DNA of 64,000 nucleotides from contig VGAJ01000003.1 in assembly GCA_016870795.1 (NCBI GenBank), forward strand, positions 13,236 through 77,235. The letters run 5' to 3'. How positions within the stretch are numbered: position 1 is the first letter of the stretch; every line of letters starts with the position of its first letter. Positions 19,577 to 28,894 of this stretch are shown here, in pieces. Origin of the DNA: Actinomycetota bacterium. GTDB lineage: Bacteria; Actinomycetota; Actinomycetes; Nanopelagicales; Nanopelagicaceae. The notes below the pieces were generated by a model. It was not told where the DNA came from. It searched no databases and saw nothing but the letters and a program-made list of their open reading frames with translations. Both the position numbers and the translations under genes were made by a program.

Positions 19577-20416
19577 TTAATTAAATATTACTGTTCTATT
19601 TCCTACAATAAATATTCTATCTTCAGCATAAAGTTTTACAGCTCTTGCTAAAACACGACGTTCAATATCGCGGCCAATAGCAATTAGCTCTTCAGGAGTA
19701 GATGCATGAGAAACATGAGCTACATCTTGCTCAATAATTGGACCCTCATCTAAATCTTTGGTGACAAAGTGAGCAGTAGCTCCAATAATCTTTACACCCT
19801 TTGCATGTGCTTGGTGATAAGGCTTAGCCCCTTTAAATCCTGGAAGAAAAGAGTGATGGATATTAATAATTCGATTAGAGAGTTTGTCGCAAAAATCTTG
19901 GGAGAGTATCTGCATGTAGCGAGCTAAAACGAGAAAGTCAATTTTCTCAGAATCAATAAGTGAGAGAAGTTGAGTTTCAGAGCTTTCCTTATTTTCACTT
20001 GAAACTGGAAGATATTTAAATTTGATGCCATGAGATTCGACTAGGCTCTTTAGCTCTTCATGATTTCCTACAACTAAAGGGATTTGAATCGGCAATTCGC
20101 CAAGTTCTAGTAGGTAGAGCAGATCTCGTAGGCAATGGCTCTCTTTAGTAACCATTACTAAGGCCCGCTTGGGTGAGGCGTTATCTCTGATGGTTAACTC
20201 AGGATTGAATTTTGAGAGCCCTTCAAATAAGACGTTTCGAGCAGTATTAAGTGAGGAGCTAGTTTCAAAGCGAGTGCGCATAACAAAGCTATTGGTCACT
20301 GGATCTGTGAACTGCTGATTTTCAATGATGTTGCCTTGGCAAGCCAAGACTGAGCTTGTCATCGCATGAACGATGCCTCTTTGATCAGCGCATTGCAGGG
20401 TTGCGATTAAATCCAC
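19577..20416 (-). CDS. purU: formyltetrahydrofolate deformylase
   Basis: 279 aa, with an N-terminal ACT-like segment plus the formyltransferase core NIHHSFLPGFKGAKPYHQA. GTG start. Confidence 0.88.
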   Translation of the reverse strand: MDLIATLQCADQRGIVHAMTSSVLACQGNIIENQQFTDPVTNSFVMRTRFETSSSLNTARNVLFEGLSKFNPELTIRDNASPKRALVMVTKESHCLRDLLYLLELGELPIQIPLVVGNHEELKSLVESHGIKFKYLPVSSENKESSETQLLSLIDSEKIDFLVLARYMQILSQDFCDKLSNRIINIHHSFLPGFKGAKPYHQAHAKGVKIIGATAHFVTKDLDEGPIIEQDVAHVSHASTPEELIAIGRDIERRVLARAVKLYAEDRIFIVGNRTVIFN

Positions 20417-20443
20417 TTGGGAATTCTACCTGCGCAGAATGCT

Positions 20444-22546
20444 TTAGTGATTAATTTGGAAGCGCTTGAGCGAGCGTGGAGCCCACCAATTCCAGTCACC
20501 AAAGAGTCTCATTAGAGCTGGCACTAGAAATGCGCGAATCAAAGTAGCATCAAGAAGTATTGCGAAAGCAACGCCAAATCCCATCATCTTGATCGATGTC
20601 ACACCGCTAATAACAAAGGCAGCAAAGACCACTGCCAGAATAAACGCTGCTGCGGTGATGATTCGTGCTGATTTTTGTAAACCCATCGCAACAGACTCAA
20701 TATTGGAATTGCCAGCATCATGTTCTTCTTTGATGCGTGAGAGTAAGAAGACTTCATAGTCCATAGATAGTCCAAAGGCCACAACTGCAATTAAGACCAT
20801 GGTATTTGTATCGAGTGATCCAGTTTCAATGAAATCTCCGACCAGAAACTTTAGATTTCCATCAATAAATACCCAAGTAAGAACTCCCATGGTTGCAGCC
20901 AGTGAGGCGAAATTTAATATCACTGCTTTAATCGGAAGAAGAACTGAGCCAGTGAAGGCAAATAGCAATAGCAGAACTGTGATTATGATCCAGCCTAGAA
21001 CGGCAGGAAGAGTGCTAGAGATTGCATTTTGTGTGTCTGCATAATCTGCTGCAGCGCCGCCAATCAAGGTTCCACTAGGTGCGGGTAGATTGCGAAGCTC
21101 CTTAATTAGAGCTTCGCCTTCACTAGTTCTTGGCTGCATCGAATGAATTGCAACCACGCGAGCACTTTCTCCAGCTAGTTCTACTTGGCCAACTCGAGTT
21201 ATGCCTTCAGTTAGTGAAACTCGGTTTACAAATGCGTTGATCTCACCGGTCTGTGATGCGCCATTTGGAAAGACTATTTCAATCGGATTGCTCTCTTGGC
21301 CGGGAAATTCATCGGCAATAAATTGAGATGCGATATATGCCCGATCATCTCTAGGAAGCACACCACTATCTACTTGAGAGAATTTGATATTGGCTATGGG
21401 AGCAATCATCAAGAAGAGCACCGCTAAAGATGAAGTTATTACGCTGATCGGTCTTCTCATCACAAATCGCGCAACCTTTGACCATCTACCATCTTCTTTT
21501 TGAACTATTCCACCTTTACGAACTACTCCTTTATTAATTCTTGTTCCCAATAGGGCCAGAATTGCTGGTAGAGGGATGAGCGCTCCAACGACAGCAAGAG
21601 CAACTACTGCAGCTCCAGCATAACCCATCGATTTTAAGAAATTCTGTGGGAAGAAGGTAAGTGATAAGAGCGTAAGAACAACGGTAACTCCGGAGTAAAA
21701 AACAGTCTTTCCAGCAGTTCGAAGGGTATTTACTATTGCGCTTTCATTATCAAGACCCTTAGCTAATTCTTCTCGGAATCTATTAACTACCAATAGAGCG
21801 TAATCAATTCCTAAGCCCAACCCAAGTCCAGTGGTTAAATTCAAAGCAAAAATGCTTACATCGGTAACTAGAGTAAGTAGGAACATAACTAGGAATGTTC
21901 CTAAGATTGCCGTGATTCCAACAATTAGAGGCATCGCAGATGCTGCCATTGCTCCAAATACAAACAAGAGAAGTAGGAATGTAAGTGGGATTGAGATAGC
22001 CTCGGAGATCTTGAGATCATTTTGAATTCGGCCATTTATAGCATTCGCAAATACTGCGCCGCCAGATGCATAAACTTCAACGCCTTCAAAAGCTCTATCA
22101 TATTTTTCTTGATAAAGCCCGCCGAGTTTATCTATCTCAGTAAAGTCCGTTGACTTTAGATATACGAATATAAATGCAGAATTTCCATCTTTGCTCTTTA
22201 GCGAGGGAGCGCCACCTGCTGACCAATAGGAGAGAACGTTTTCAGCACTTGGTTCGCTTCTAAGGCTGGCTTCAATTTTCTGCGCGGTAGCAACTACGCT
22301 TGGATCATCAGCTGACTTATCTTTTGCATCGACCACCAAAACAACAGCTGGGTCTTTAACCTTAAAAGTCTCATCCAGATACTCCCAAACTTTTGCTGAG
22401 TCACTATTGGGATCCATATATCCACCGGTATCAAAGCGAGAAAAGACTTGAGAACCAATGGCCCCTGCAAGGATTGTGGAGAGCAGGAAAAGAGTTAGGA
22501 CCGACTTTTTACGCTTAGCTATCAAGTGTCCTAATTTTTCAAACAT
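20444..22546 (-). CDS. MMPL/RND-family membrane transporter
   Basis: 700 aa with two repeats, each an extracytoplasmic domain followed by about six TM spans (MMPL architecture). Confidence 0.8.
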   Translation of the reverse strand: MFEKLGHLIAKRKKSVLTLFLLSTILAGAIGSQVFSRFDTGGYMDPNSDSAKVWEYLDETFKVKDPAVVLVVDAKDKSADDPSVVATAQKIEASLRSEPSAENVLSYWSAGGAPSLKSKDGNSAFIFVYLKSTDFTEIDKLGGLYQEKYDRAFEGVEVYASGGAVFANAINGRIQNDLKISEAISIPLTFLLLLFVFGAMAASAMPLIVGITAILGTFLVMFLLTLVTDVSIFALNLTTGLGLGLGIDYALLVVNRFREELAKGLDNESAIVNTLRTAGKTVFYSGVTVVLTLLSLTFFPQNFLKSMGYAGAAVVALAVVGALIPLPAILALLGTRINKGVVRKGGIVQKEDGRWSKVARFVMRRPISVITSSLAVLFLMIAPIANIKFSQVDSGVLPRDDRAYIASQFIADEFPGQESNPIEIVFPNGASQTGEINAFVNRVSLTEGITRVGQVELAGESARVVAIHSMQPRTSEGEALIKELRNLPAPSGTLIGGAAADYADTQNAISSTLPAVLGWIIITVLLLLFAFTGSVLLPIKAVILNFASLAATMGVLTWVFIDGNLKFLVGDFIETGSLDTNTMVLIAVVAFGLSMDYEVFLLSRIKEEHDAGNSNIESVAMGLQKSARIITAAAFILAVVFAAFVISGVTSIKMMGFGVAFAILLDATLIRAFLVPALMRLFGDWNWWAPRSLKRFQINH

Positions 22547-22680
22547 GGTGTCATAATAACTGTATGAGTGAAGTGCTTCCTGCTATAACTTCTGATGAAG
22601 TAGAAACCGAGATAGATATCACTCGCGATGAAGAAATTAAAGGCGAGAAGCCCCCTCATCACTAACAACTCAATTGACTT

Positions 22681-22926
22681 TTAGTCATTCTTTGCGGGTG
22701 GCGTTGTAGCAGTGGTTTTAGGGGTTGGCTTTGGAGCCTCACTTTTTTTAACTTGTGAATCAGTCTTATAAAAGCCAGAACCTTTGAAGACGATGCCGAC
22801 ATTTGAGTAAATCTTTCGAACCTCTTTGCCACACTCAGAACAAATTGAGATTGGCTCATCTGTGAAGGATTGCACTATCTCAAAGGCATGTTCACAGGCG
22901 GTGCATTGATATTGATATGTCGGCAC
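22681..22926 (-). CDS. FmdB-family zinc-ribbon protein
   Basis: MPTYQYQCTACEHAF...CSECG (CxxC...CxxC) followed by a Pro/Thr/Lys-rich tail. 81 aa. Confidence 0.8.
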   Translation of the reverse strand: MPTYQYQCTACEHAFEIVQSFTDEPISICSECGKEVRKIYSNVGIVFKGSGFYKTDSQVKKSEAPKPTPKTTATTPPAKND

Positions 22927-22980
22927 AGCGTAATCTTAGGGAGTATGAATTACTTCGGCGAATCGGAATAGCAGGCGAGC

Positions 22981-24765
22981 ATGTTCTTTGATCTAGCAAA
23001 TAGCGCTCTAGCTGTCCTTGTAATTGGACTTTTAATTTCCCTCGCCTTTCTACTACCGGAGAATCAGGGTCGACTAGAGCAGAGCGCTTCGACAACTCTT
23101 CGGGGTTTGAAAATTGTTTCAGGATTATGGTTTCTCATATCCGTTGGTTATTTATTATCCAGCCTTGCTGAAATATTTGGCAGTGGTATTGGCGAGATAT
23201 TAAAAGTGAATATCTTGCGATCATTTATAACTCAGATAACTCTTGGAAAATTGTTGGCCTATCAAGTCATAGTTGCTCTTGTAGTCTTTATCTTCTCGAA
23301 TCTCGTAAAGAAAAATGGAGGCGCGCTAGCACTTCTTATTTTGGCCCTTAGCGGGATAGTTGCCCCACTCTTTCAAAGTCATTCCAGCTCTCAAGGCAGC
23401 CACTCATTAGCAATTGGCTCGCTTGTGATTCATGTAATTGCATTGAGCTTTTGGATTGGCAGTGTCATTGCCTTAAAGGTGATGCCAAGTGAGTTGCAGA
23501 ACTTTGCTTTCTCCAGAGTGTCTGCAATTGCTCTCTGGTCATCACTATCTGTTGTCTTAACAGGAGTAGCTAATGCTTGGACCAGACTCCGTTTGAGTCA
23601 AGATTGGTTCACTGGATATGGCGCCTTAATTTCTCTAAAAGTTGTCCTTACGCTTCTTGTTTTCTTTATTGCTAGTAGGGTTAGAAAGAATTTATTGGTC
23701 AATACTTTAGTCGCATTTGAAATCGGGATAATGGCGGCGATATTGGGAATTGGATCAATACTCAATCGTTTCACTCCAGTGGAAAGTGGAGAAATCGAAT
23801 TTGATCGCATCAGAGAGCTGGTGGGAATTTCTATGCCAAGTGAACCCACTCTTTCAAGAGTGTTCTTTGAATATGAAGCAAATGGTTTAGCACTTGGAGC
23901 GCTTATCTTTGTTACTGCGCTATATATTCGAGGCGTAGTTTCCCTAGTTCGAAGGGGAGATCGCTGGCCAGTTGGAAGAACAATTTCTTTTGCTATTGGG
24001 ATTTCACTTCTAGATTATGCAACAAGTGGAGGCTTAGGTCTCTACTCTCATTTCTCTTTTCAGTATCACATGATTGCCCATATGGTTTTAAGCATGATTG
24101 CTCCAATTGCAATCATTTTAAGCGCCCCAATCACACTTGCACTAAGAACTCTTCCTATTGGTCGGGACAAATCGGAGCGAGGAATTCGAGGCATGCTGAT
24201 ACAAGCTCTTCACTCTCGCCCGAGCAGAGTCATAACTCATCCAGTTTCAGCGCTAGCAATATTTGATGGCTCGCTCTTTGCACTTTATTTCACTCCACTT
24301 TTTTCAACTCTGATGAGTGGACACTTTGGTCATCTGATTATGAGTTTTCATTTCATTGCTGCTGGCTTGCTCTTCTTTCATGTGATAGTTGGAATTGATC
24401 CAAATCCCAGAAAGGTTCATCATTTAGTTCGAGTAGTAATACTTCTTGCAGCGATGAGTATTCATGCCTTTTTCTCGGTTGCTTTGATGTCAGCTAATGA
24501 ATTAATTGATGGTGGTTTTTATCAGCTCCTAGATCGACCTTGGGCCACAGATCTTCTAAGTGACCAAAAGGCGGGGGCTGCTATTGGTTGGGCGATGGGA
24601 GAGATACCTATTGTTATTGCCCTTGTTGCAACTTTTATTCAGTGGGTAAGAAGTGATGCCAGGGAAGCCAAGAGGGCAGATCGTCGCTCCTCCACAGAGC
24701 TTGCCGAATATAACGCCTATCTTGAGCAACTTTCTCGCAAGAACAATTCATCACAAGATAAGTAG
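22981..24765 (+). CDS. fused CopD-like / caa3-type cytochrome oxidase assembly (CtaG-like) membrane protein
   Basis: 594 aa and polytopic throughout. The two-part architecture resembles the actinobacterial CopD-CtaG fusion. The call rests on overall pattern only. Confidence 0.6.
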   Translation: MFFDLANSALAVLVIGLLISLAFLLPENQGRLEQSASTTLRGLKIVSGLWFLISVGYLLSSLAEIFGSGIGEILKVNILRSFITQITLGKLLAYQVIVALVVFIFSNLVKKNGGALALLILALSGIVAPLFQSHSSSQGSHSLAIGSLVIHVIALSFWIGSVIALKVMPSELQNFAFSRVSAIALWSSLSVVLTGVANAWTRLRLSQDWFTGYGALISLKVVLTLLVFFIASRVRKNLLVNTLVAFEIGIMAAILGIGSILNRFTPVESGEIEFDRIRELVGISMPSEPTLSRVFFEYEANGLALGALIFVTALYIRGVVSLVRRGDRWPVGRTISFAIGISLLDYATSGGLGLYSHFSFQYHMIAHMVLSMIAPIAIILSAPITLALRTLPIGRDKSERGIRGMLIQALHSRPSRVITHPVSALAIFDGSLFALYFTPLFSTLMSGHFGHLIMSFHFIAAGLLFFHVIVGIDPNPRKVHHLVRVVILLAAMSIHAFFSVALMSANELIDGGFYQLLDRPWATDLLSDQKAGAAIGWAMGEIPIVIALVATFIQWVRSDAREAKRADRRSSTELAEYNAYLEQLSRKNNSSQDK

Positions 24766-24774
24766 TATTGCGCC

Positions 24775-25923
24775 ATGGAAAATCTCTTCGACCTTCCTGA
24801 GGAATACCAAGCCTTAAGAGCAAGTGTTCGCTCACTTGCTGATAAAAAAATCCAACCCTTCGCTCATGACGTTGATGCTAATTCCAGATATCCGCAAGAA
24901 GCATTTGAAGCTCTTCAAGGCGCGGGTCTTGCAGCAGCCCATGTTCCAACTGAATATGGCGGCGATGGAGCAGATGCCCTTGGCGTAGTAATTATTATCG
25001 AAGAAGTTGCCAGAGTCTGTGCTTCTGCATCTCTTATTCCTGCTGTTAATAAACTTGGATCGGTTCCCCTTATCTTAGGTGGAAGCCCTGAACAACAAAA
25101 GCGCTGGCTAACACCGCTTGCTCAAGGTAAAGGTTTTTCATATTGCCTCTCAGAGTCTGAGGCTGGATCAGATGCTGCTTCAATGAAAACAAAAGCGGTC
25201 AGAAAAGGCGATGGTTGGGTTTTAAATGGAAGTAAGAAGTGGATTTCAAATGCCGGAGTCTCTGAGTTCTATACAGTTTTAGCATCAACAGATCCAGAAA
25301 AAGGCGCCAAGGGAATTACAGCATTTATCGTAGAAAAAAGTGATCCTGGTCTTTCATTTGGAGCGCCAGAGAAGAAAATGGGCTTTAAAGGATCTCCAAC
25401 GCGTGAGGTCTACTTAGATAATGTAGAAATTAGCGATGATCGCAGAATTAGTGAAATCGGTGCAGGTTTTGCTCTTGCTATGAAGACTCTTGATCACACC
25501 AGAATTACTATCGCTGCCCAAGCGCTCGGCATCGCCCAAGGTGCTTTTGAAGTTGCAACTAAATATGCACATGAGAGAAAGCAATTTGGCAAACCAATCT
25601 TTGATTTTCAAGCTGTGCAATTTATGTTGGCTGACATGGCTATGGAAATTGCTGCTGCAAGACAGCTGACATATGCCGCTGCAAGTAAGAGTGAAAATAG
25701 CGCAAGTGATTTGACCTTCTTCTCTGCTGCATCAAAGTGTTATGCAACTGACGTTGCTATGAAGGTAACAACCGATGCAGTTCAAGTTCTTGGTGGCTAT
25801 GGATATGTAAGTGATTATCCAGTGGAGCGAATGATGCGAGATGCGAAGTTAACTCAAATTTACGAAGGAACTAATCAAGTCCAGCGATTGGTAATGGCTC
25901 GAAACCTTAATTCTTTGCTGTAA
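24775..25923 (+). CDS. acyl-CoA dehydrogenase
   Basis: 382 aa, with YCLSESEAGSDAAS and QIYEGTNQVQRLVMAR. Confidence 0.9.
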   Translation: MENLFDLPEEYQALRASVRSLADKKIQPFAHDVDANSRYPQEAFEALQGAGLAAAHVPTEYGGDGADALGVVIIIEEVARVCASASLIPAVNKLGSVPLILGGSPEQQKRWLTPLAQGKGFSYCLSESEAGSDAASMKTKAVRKGDGWVLNGSKKWISNAGVSEFYTVLASTDPEKGAKGITAFIVEKSDPGLSFGAPEKKMGFKGSPTREVYLDNVEISDDRRISEIGAGFALAMKTLDHTRITIAAQALGIAQGAFEVATKYAHERKQFGKPIFDFQAVQFMLADMAMEIAAARQLTYAAASKSENSASDLTFFSAASKCYATDVAMKVTTDAVQVLGGYGYVSDYPVERMMRDAKLTQIYEGTNQVQRLVMARNLNSLL

Positions 25924-26470
25924 ACCTAACCAAGATCTCAGGAGTTGCTGCAGCATCTACTTTGCAATCAAAGCTCTCTATAGGAAGGCTCTCACTAGTT
26001 AGTTCGCCGCTATAGACCAGGGCAACCTTCCATGAATTTAGCTTCGCTAGCGCGCGATCATATGAGCCTCCACCTTGACCTAGGCGATTTCCTTGGCGAT
26101 CAACGTGAAGAGCTGGAACTATCACAACATCAATCTCGCCCTTAAAGCTCTCACCCTTTGGTGACTTTAAATTGCCATCAATTTCTAGATCTTCATCTTT
26201 GCCACTCCAGATAATCCAATCCAAATCATTGTCTGCAAGGCGTCTTGGCAATAAAAGAGTTTTACCACTTTGAATGAGGGAATTGTTTAGCTCTGATGTT
26301 TCTGGCTCACTTCCATAGGAGTAGTAACTTACAAGAACCTCTGCGCTTTTGATTTCCTCACTATCTAATAAATGCTGCCAAGAAATCTCAGTGATGAGAA
26401 ACTCTCTCTCACTTCGAAAGCGTTTTCGAAGTTCTGACTTAATTAATGACGCACTCTGGCCTGAATCCAC
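25907..26470 (-). CDS. 5-formyltetrahydrofolate cyclo-ligase
   Basis: 187 aa, with N-terminal KSELRKRFR and the GQGGGSYDR motif. GTG start. Its 3' end overlaps the convergent acyl-CoA dehydrogenase gene by 17 nt. Confidence 0.85.
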   Translation of the reverse strand: MDSGQSASLIKSELRKRFRSEREFLITEISWQHLLDSEEIKSAEVLVSYYSYGSEPETSELNNSLIQSGKTLLLPRRLADNDLDWIIWSGKDEDLEIDGNLKSPKGESFKGEIDVVIVPALHVDRQGNRLGQGGGSYDRALAKLNSWKVALVYSGELTSESLPIESFDCKVDAAATPEILVRFTAKN

Positions 26471-26503
26471 GGGATTAGCGTAGATACAAAGTAGGGTTAC
26501 TAC

Positions 26504-27427
26504 GTGAGCGAAACGATTAAGGTGGCTGAACTTGCTACCGAACTGCTAGCGCTAGCAAAGCCGCTTGCTGCCTTTGATATGCCATTACTTGATGCCCATG
26601 GCGCAACTTTGGCCCTTGATGTGAGCTCTGGTGAGCAGGTTGCACTCAAATCTGGCTCAAGAATTAGGGCAACTCAAATAGGACTAGCTGCATCTCTAGG
26701 TTTAGATCGGCTTCCAACTAGGCCGCAGCCAAGAGTGGTGATTGTTTCGGCAGGAGATGATTTAGTAGAACCAGGATCACCCCTTAGAGACGGCAAAGAT
26801 GAGTATGAAACTAATTCATGGCTATTAACAACAGCAGTAAAAGAGGCTGGAGCTGTGGGATATCGAGTTCATACCATTCCTGAAAATCCTGCTCAATTAA
26901 AGGATGTAATTGAAGATCAATTGGTGAGGGCTGATCTGCTGGTCATCTGTGGCGAAAGAAATGATGAGTCATTTTCTCTGATCTATTCAGTCCTTAATGA
27001 GCTTGGAAAAGTTCGTGAAGTCCTTCCCTTAATTGAGGGAAGTGGTAAACATGCATTTGGCTTAGTTGGCCCGGATCAGACTCCTGTTGTTTCACTTCCA
27101 GGAGATCCGATATTTGCATATATCTCAGCAGAGCTTTTCATTCGTCCAATGATTCGAAACATGATGGGACTTTATGACATCCATCGACCAGTAATCAAAG
27201 CAACTTTAACAAGTGATGTATTAAGTGAAGTTGGAAAGCACTCCTTTATAAGAGGGATTCTCTCCAGTGATAAACCAGAGCGAAGGCTCATTACTCCAAT
27301 TGAAAATCAGGGAGATTTAATTGGATTATCTGATGCCACAGGTCTAGTAGTTATTCCAGAGAGTGAAAGTGGCGCAAGTGCTGGCGCTGAAGTTGATGTT
27401 CTAGTTCTCGAGCGACGTTTTAATTGA
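26504..27427 (+). CDS. glp: truncated, degenerate MoeA/gephyrin-like protein (Glp-like)
   Basis: 307 aa against ~400 aa for MoeA. MoeA-like blocks are present but altered: SAGDDLVEPG (cf. TGDEL), CGERNDESFS (cf. GGVSVG.D) and SLPGDPIFAY (cf. GLPGNPVS). The domain II segment appears to be missing. GTG start. Confidence 0.65.
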   Translation: MSETIKVAELATELLALAKPLAAFDMPLLDAHGATLALDVSSGEQVALKSGSRIRATQIGLAASLGLDRLPTRPQPRVVIVSAGDDLVEPGSPLRDGKDEYETNSWLLTTAVKEAGAVGYRVHTIPENPAQLKDVIEDQLVRADLLVICGERNDESFSLIYSVLNELGKVREVLPLIEGSGKHAFGLVGPDQTPVVSLPGDPIFAYISAELFIRPMIRNMMGLYDIHRPVIKATLTSDVLSEVGKHSFIRGILSSDKPERRLITPIENQGDLIGLSDATGLVVIPESESGASAGAEVDVLVLERRFN

Positions 27428-27431
27428 TTTT

Positions 27432-28004
27432 ATGGCAAGTATTTATAGCCATAGCTGGCCCACAGTTCTCAAAGAAGATCAGATAACCCTTAGACCACTT
27501 AGATTGCGCGATCGTTCAGCTTGGTTAGCAGTTAGAAAAGTTAATAGAGCCTGGCTCTCCCAGTGGGAGGCAACCTCACCCCTTAACCATGAGAATAAGA
27601 ATCTTCCTAGCTACTTTGAGATGGTTAATTACCATCGAGGCGAGGGCAGAGCTGGAAGATCGTTAACTCTGGCTATTTGGTTTGAAAAGAATTTAATTGG
27701 TCAAATTACTTTAGGGGGAATCTCCTATGGCGCATATCGCGGAGGTCATATCGGTTATTGGATTGATGAGCGATATTCCAACAAAGGGATAACCACCAGG
27801 GCTGTTAGGAGATTGACTACTTATGGCTTTGAGGAACTTGGTTTACATCGCATCGAAATTAATCTAAGACCTGAGAATGCAGCATCAAAGAGAGTTGCCG
27901 AGAAGGCAGGTTATGTTTTTGAAGGACTTCGTCCTCGCTATCTCCATATTGATGGTTCATGGCGCGACCACCTCTGTTATGTGAAAGAAAATCCTAGAAT
28001 TTAG
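27432..28004 (+). CDS. GNAT family N-acetyltransferase (RimJ/RimL-like)
   Basis: 190 aa, with GHIGYWIDERYSNKGITT and HRIEINLRPENAASKRVAEKAGY. Confidence 0.85.
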   Translation: MASIYSHSWPTVLKEDQITLRPLRLRDRSAWLAVRKVNRAWLSQWEATSPLNHENKNLPSYFEMVNYHRGEGRAGRSLTLAIWFEKNLIGQITLGGISYGAYRGGHIGYWIDERYSNKGITTRAVRRLTTYGFEELGLHRIEINLRPENAASKRVAEKAGYVFEGLRPRYLHIDGSWRDHLCYVKENPRI

Positions 28005-28087
28005 AAATATAGGAATTTCAAAAATCTTAAATTTAGTACTAGGTAAATACCAGAAAAGTCCAACCCTTACCTTTAAAGTTATCTTTC

Positions 28088-28894
28088 ATGGGATCAGGGC
28101 TCATCTACTTAATAATCGTTGGCATGTGGATTGCCTACTTCCTGCCCCGTTGGATTTCAAGTCATGAAGAGATAAGCGGAAGATCTGTTAAACGATTTGA
28201 TGAAGCCATGAAAGCTGTTGGAATAACTTCTGGCCACACTGCTCTAGATATTGAATCTATAAATAAGAAACGCGAACATCAGATTGCAATTTGTAGAATT
28301 CAATTCTTCTCCATCATTGGCCTAGCAATTGTTATTTCACTATTTACATTAGTGGGCCTACTTTCTCCAGTAATTCTTCTTCTACCAGGATCAGTCTTTC
28401 TAATGTATGTTGTTAACACTCGATATCAAATTAGTTTGATAAAAGAAGAGGTAAAGCGAGTTAATTCTGCAAATAGAGTTACCAGTAAATCATCTGCAGC
28501 AAATTACGCAGAGATTATTGGAAGGTCAAAGCGCGCAGCATCTCTTGCAAGTATTACTGAAGGTTCAGGTTTGAGTGAAGAGCAGTGGCTTCCATTATCA
28601 GAGCGACTCTCTTCGTACCAAGATAGTGGAAGTATTACTTTGCTACCTAAAGGAAGTGCAAACAAAGATGATAAGAGCTGGGATCCAGTTTCAGTTCCTG
28701 CACCAAATTATGCTAATTCATCAAAGGCAGTTCCTCGTCGCGTAATTGATTTAACTATTCCTGGTGCTTGGAGTGAGGCGCAAGAAAAGATTATGCGCGA
28801 AGTACTGGCGCCGAGTGCAGATAAGATCTTTGATCAAGAGATTGCAGATCAATACGAAGAACACCTTCGCAGCAATAGAGCCGCTGGTCAGTAG
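28088..28894 (+). CDS. glpR: membrane protein with a disordered C-terminal tail; candidate divisome protein SepX/GlpR
   Basis: It has an N-terminal TM (LIYLIIVGMWIAYFLPRWI), a TM hairpin around residues 72-110, then a ~150-aa polar low-complexity tail. Its position (glp, GNAT, this gene) matches my recollection of the Corynebacterium glp/glpR locus. Confidence 0.5.
   Translation: MGSGLIYLIIVGMWIAYFLPRWISSHEEISGRSVKRFDEAMKAVGITSGHTALDIESINKKREHQIAICRIQFFSIIGLAIVISLFTLVGLLSPVILLLPGSVFLMYVVNTRYQISLIKEEVKRVNSANRVTSKSSAANYAEIIGRSKRAASLASITEGSGLSEEQWLPLSERLSSYQDSGSITLLPKGSANKDDKSWDPVSVPAPNYANSSKAVPRRVIDLTIPGAWSEAQEKIMREVLAPSADKIFDQEIADQYEEHLRSNRAAGQ

Noticed and set aside
22564-22665. 33-codon acidic ORF (MSEVLPAITSDEVETEIDITRDEEIKGEKPPHH) on the plus strand, in the 134-nt gap between fmdB and the MMPL gene.
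   Set aside because: It has no SD, runs antisense to the likely MMPL 5' UTR, and is too short and featureless to support.
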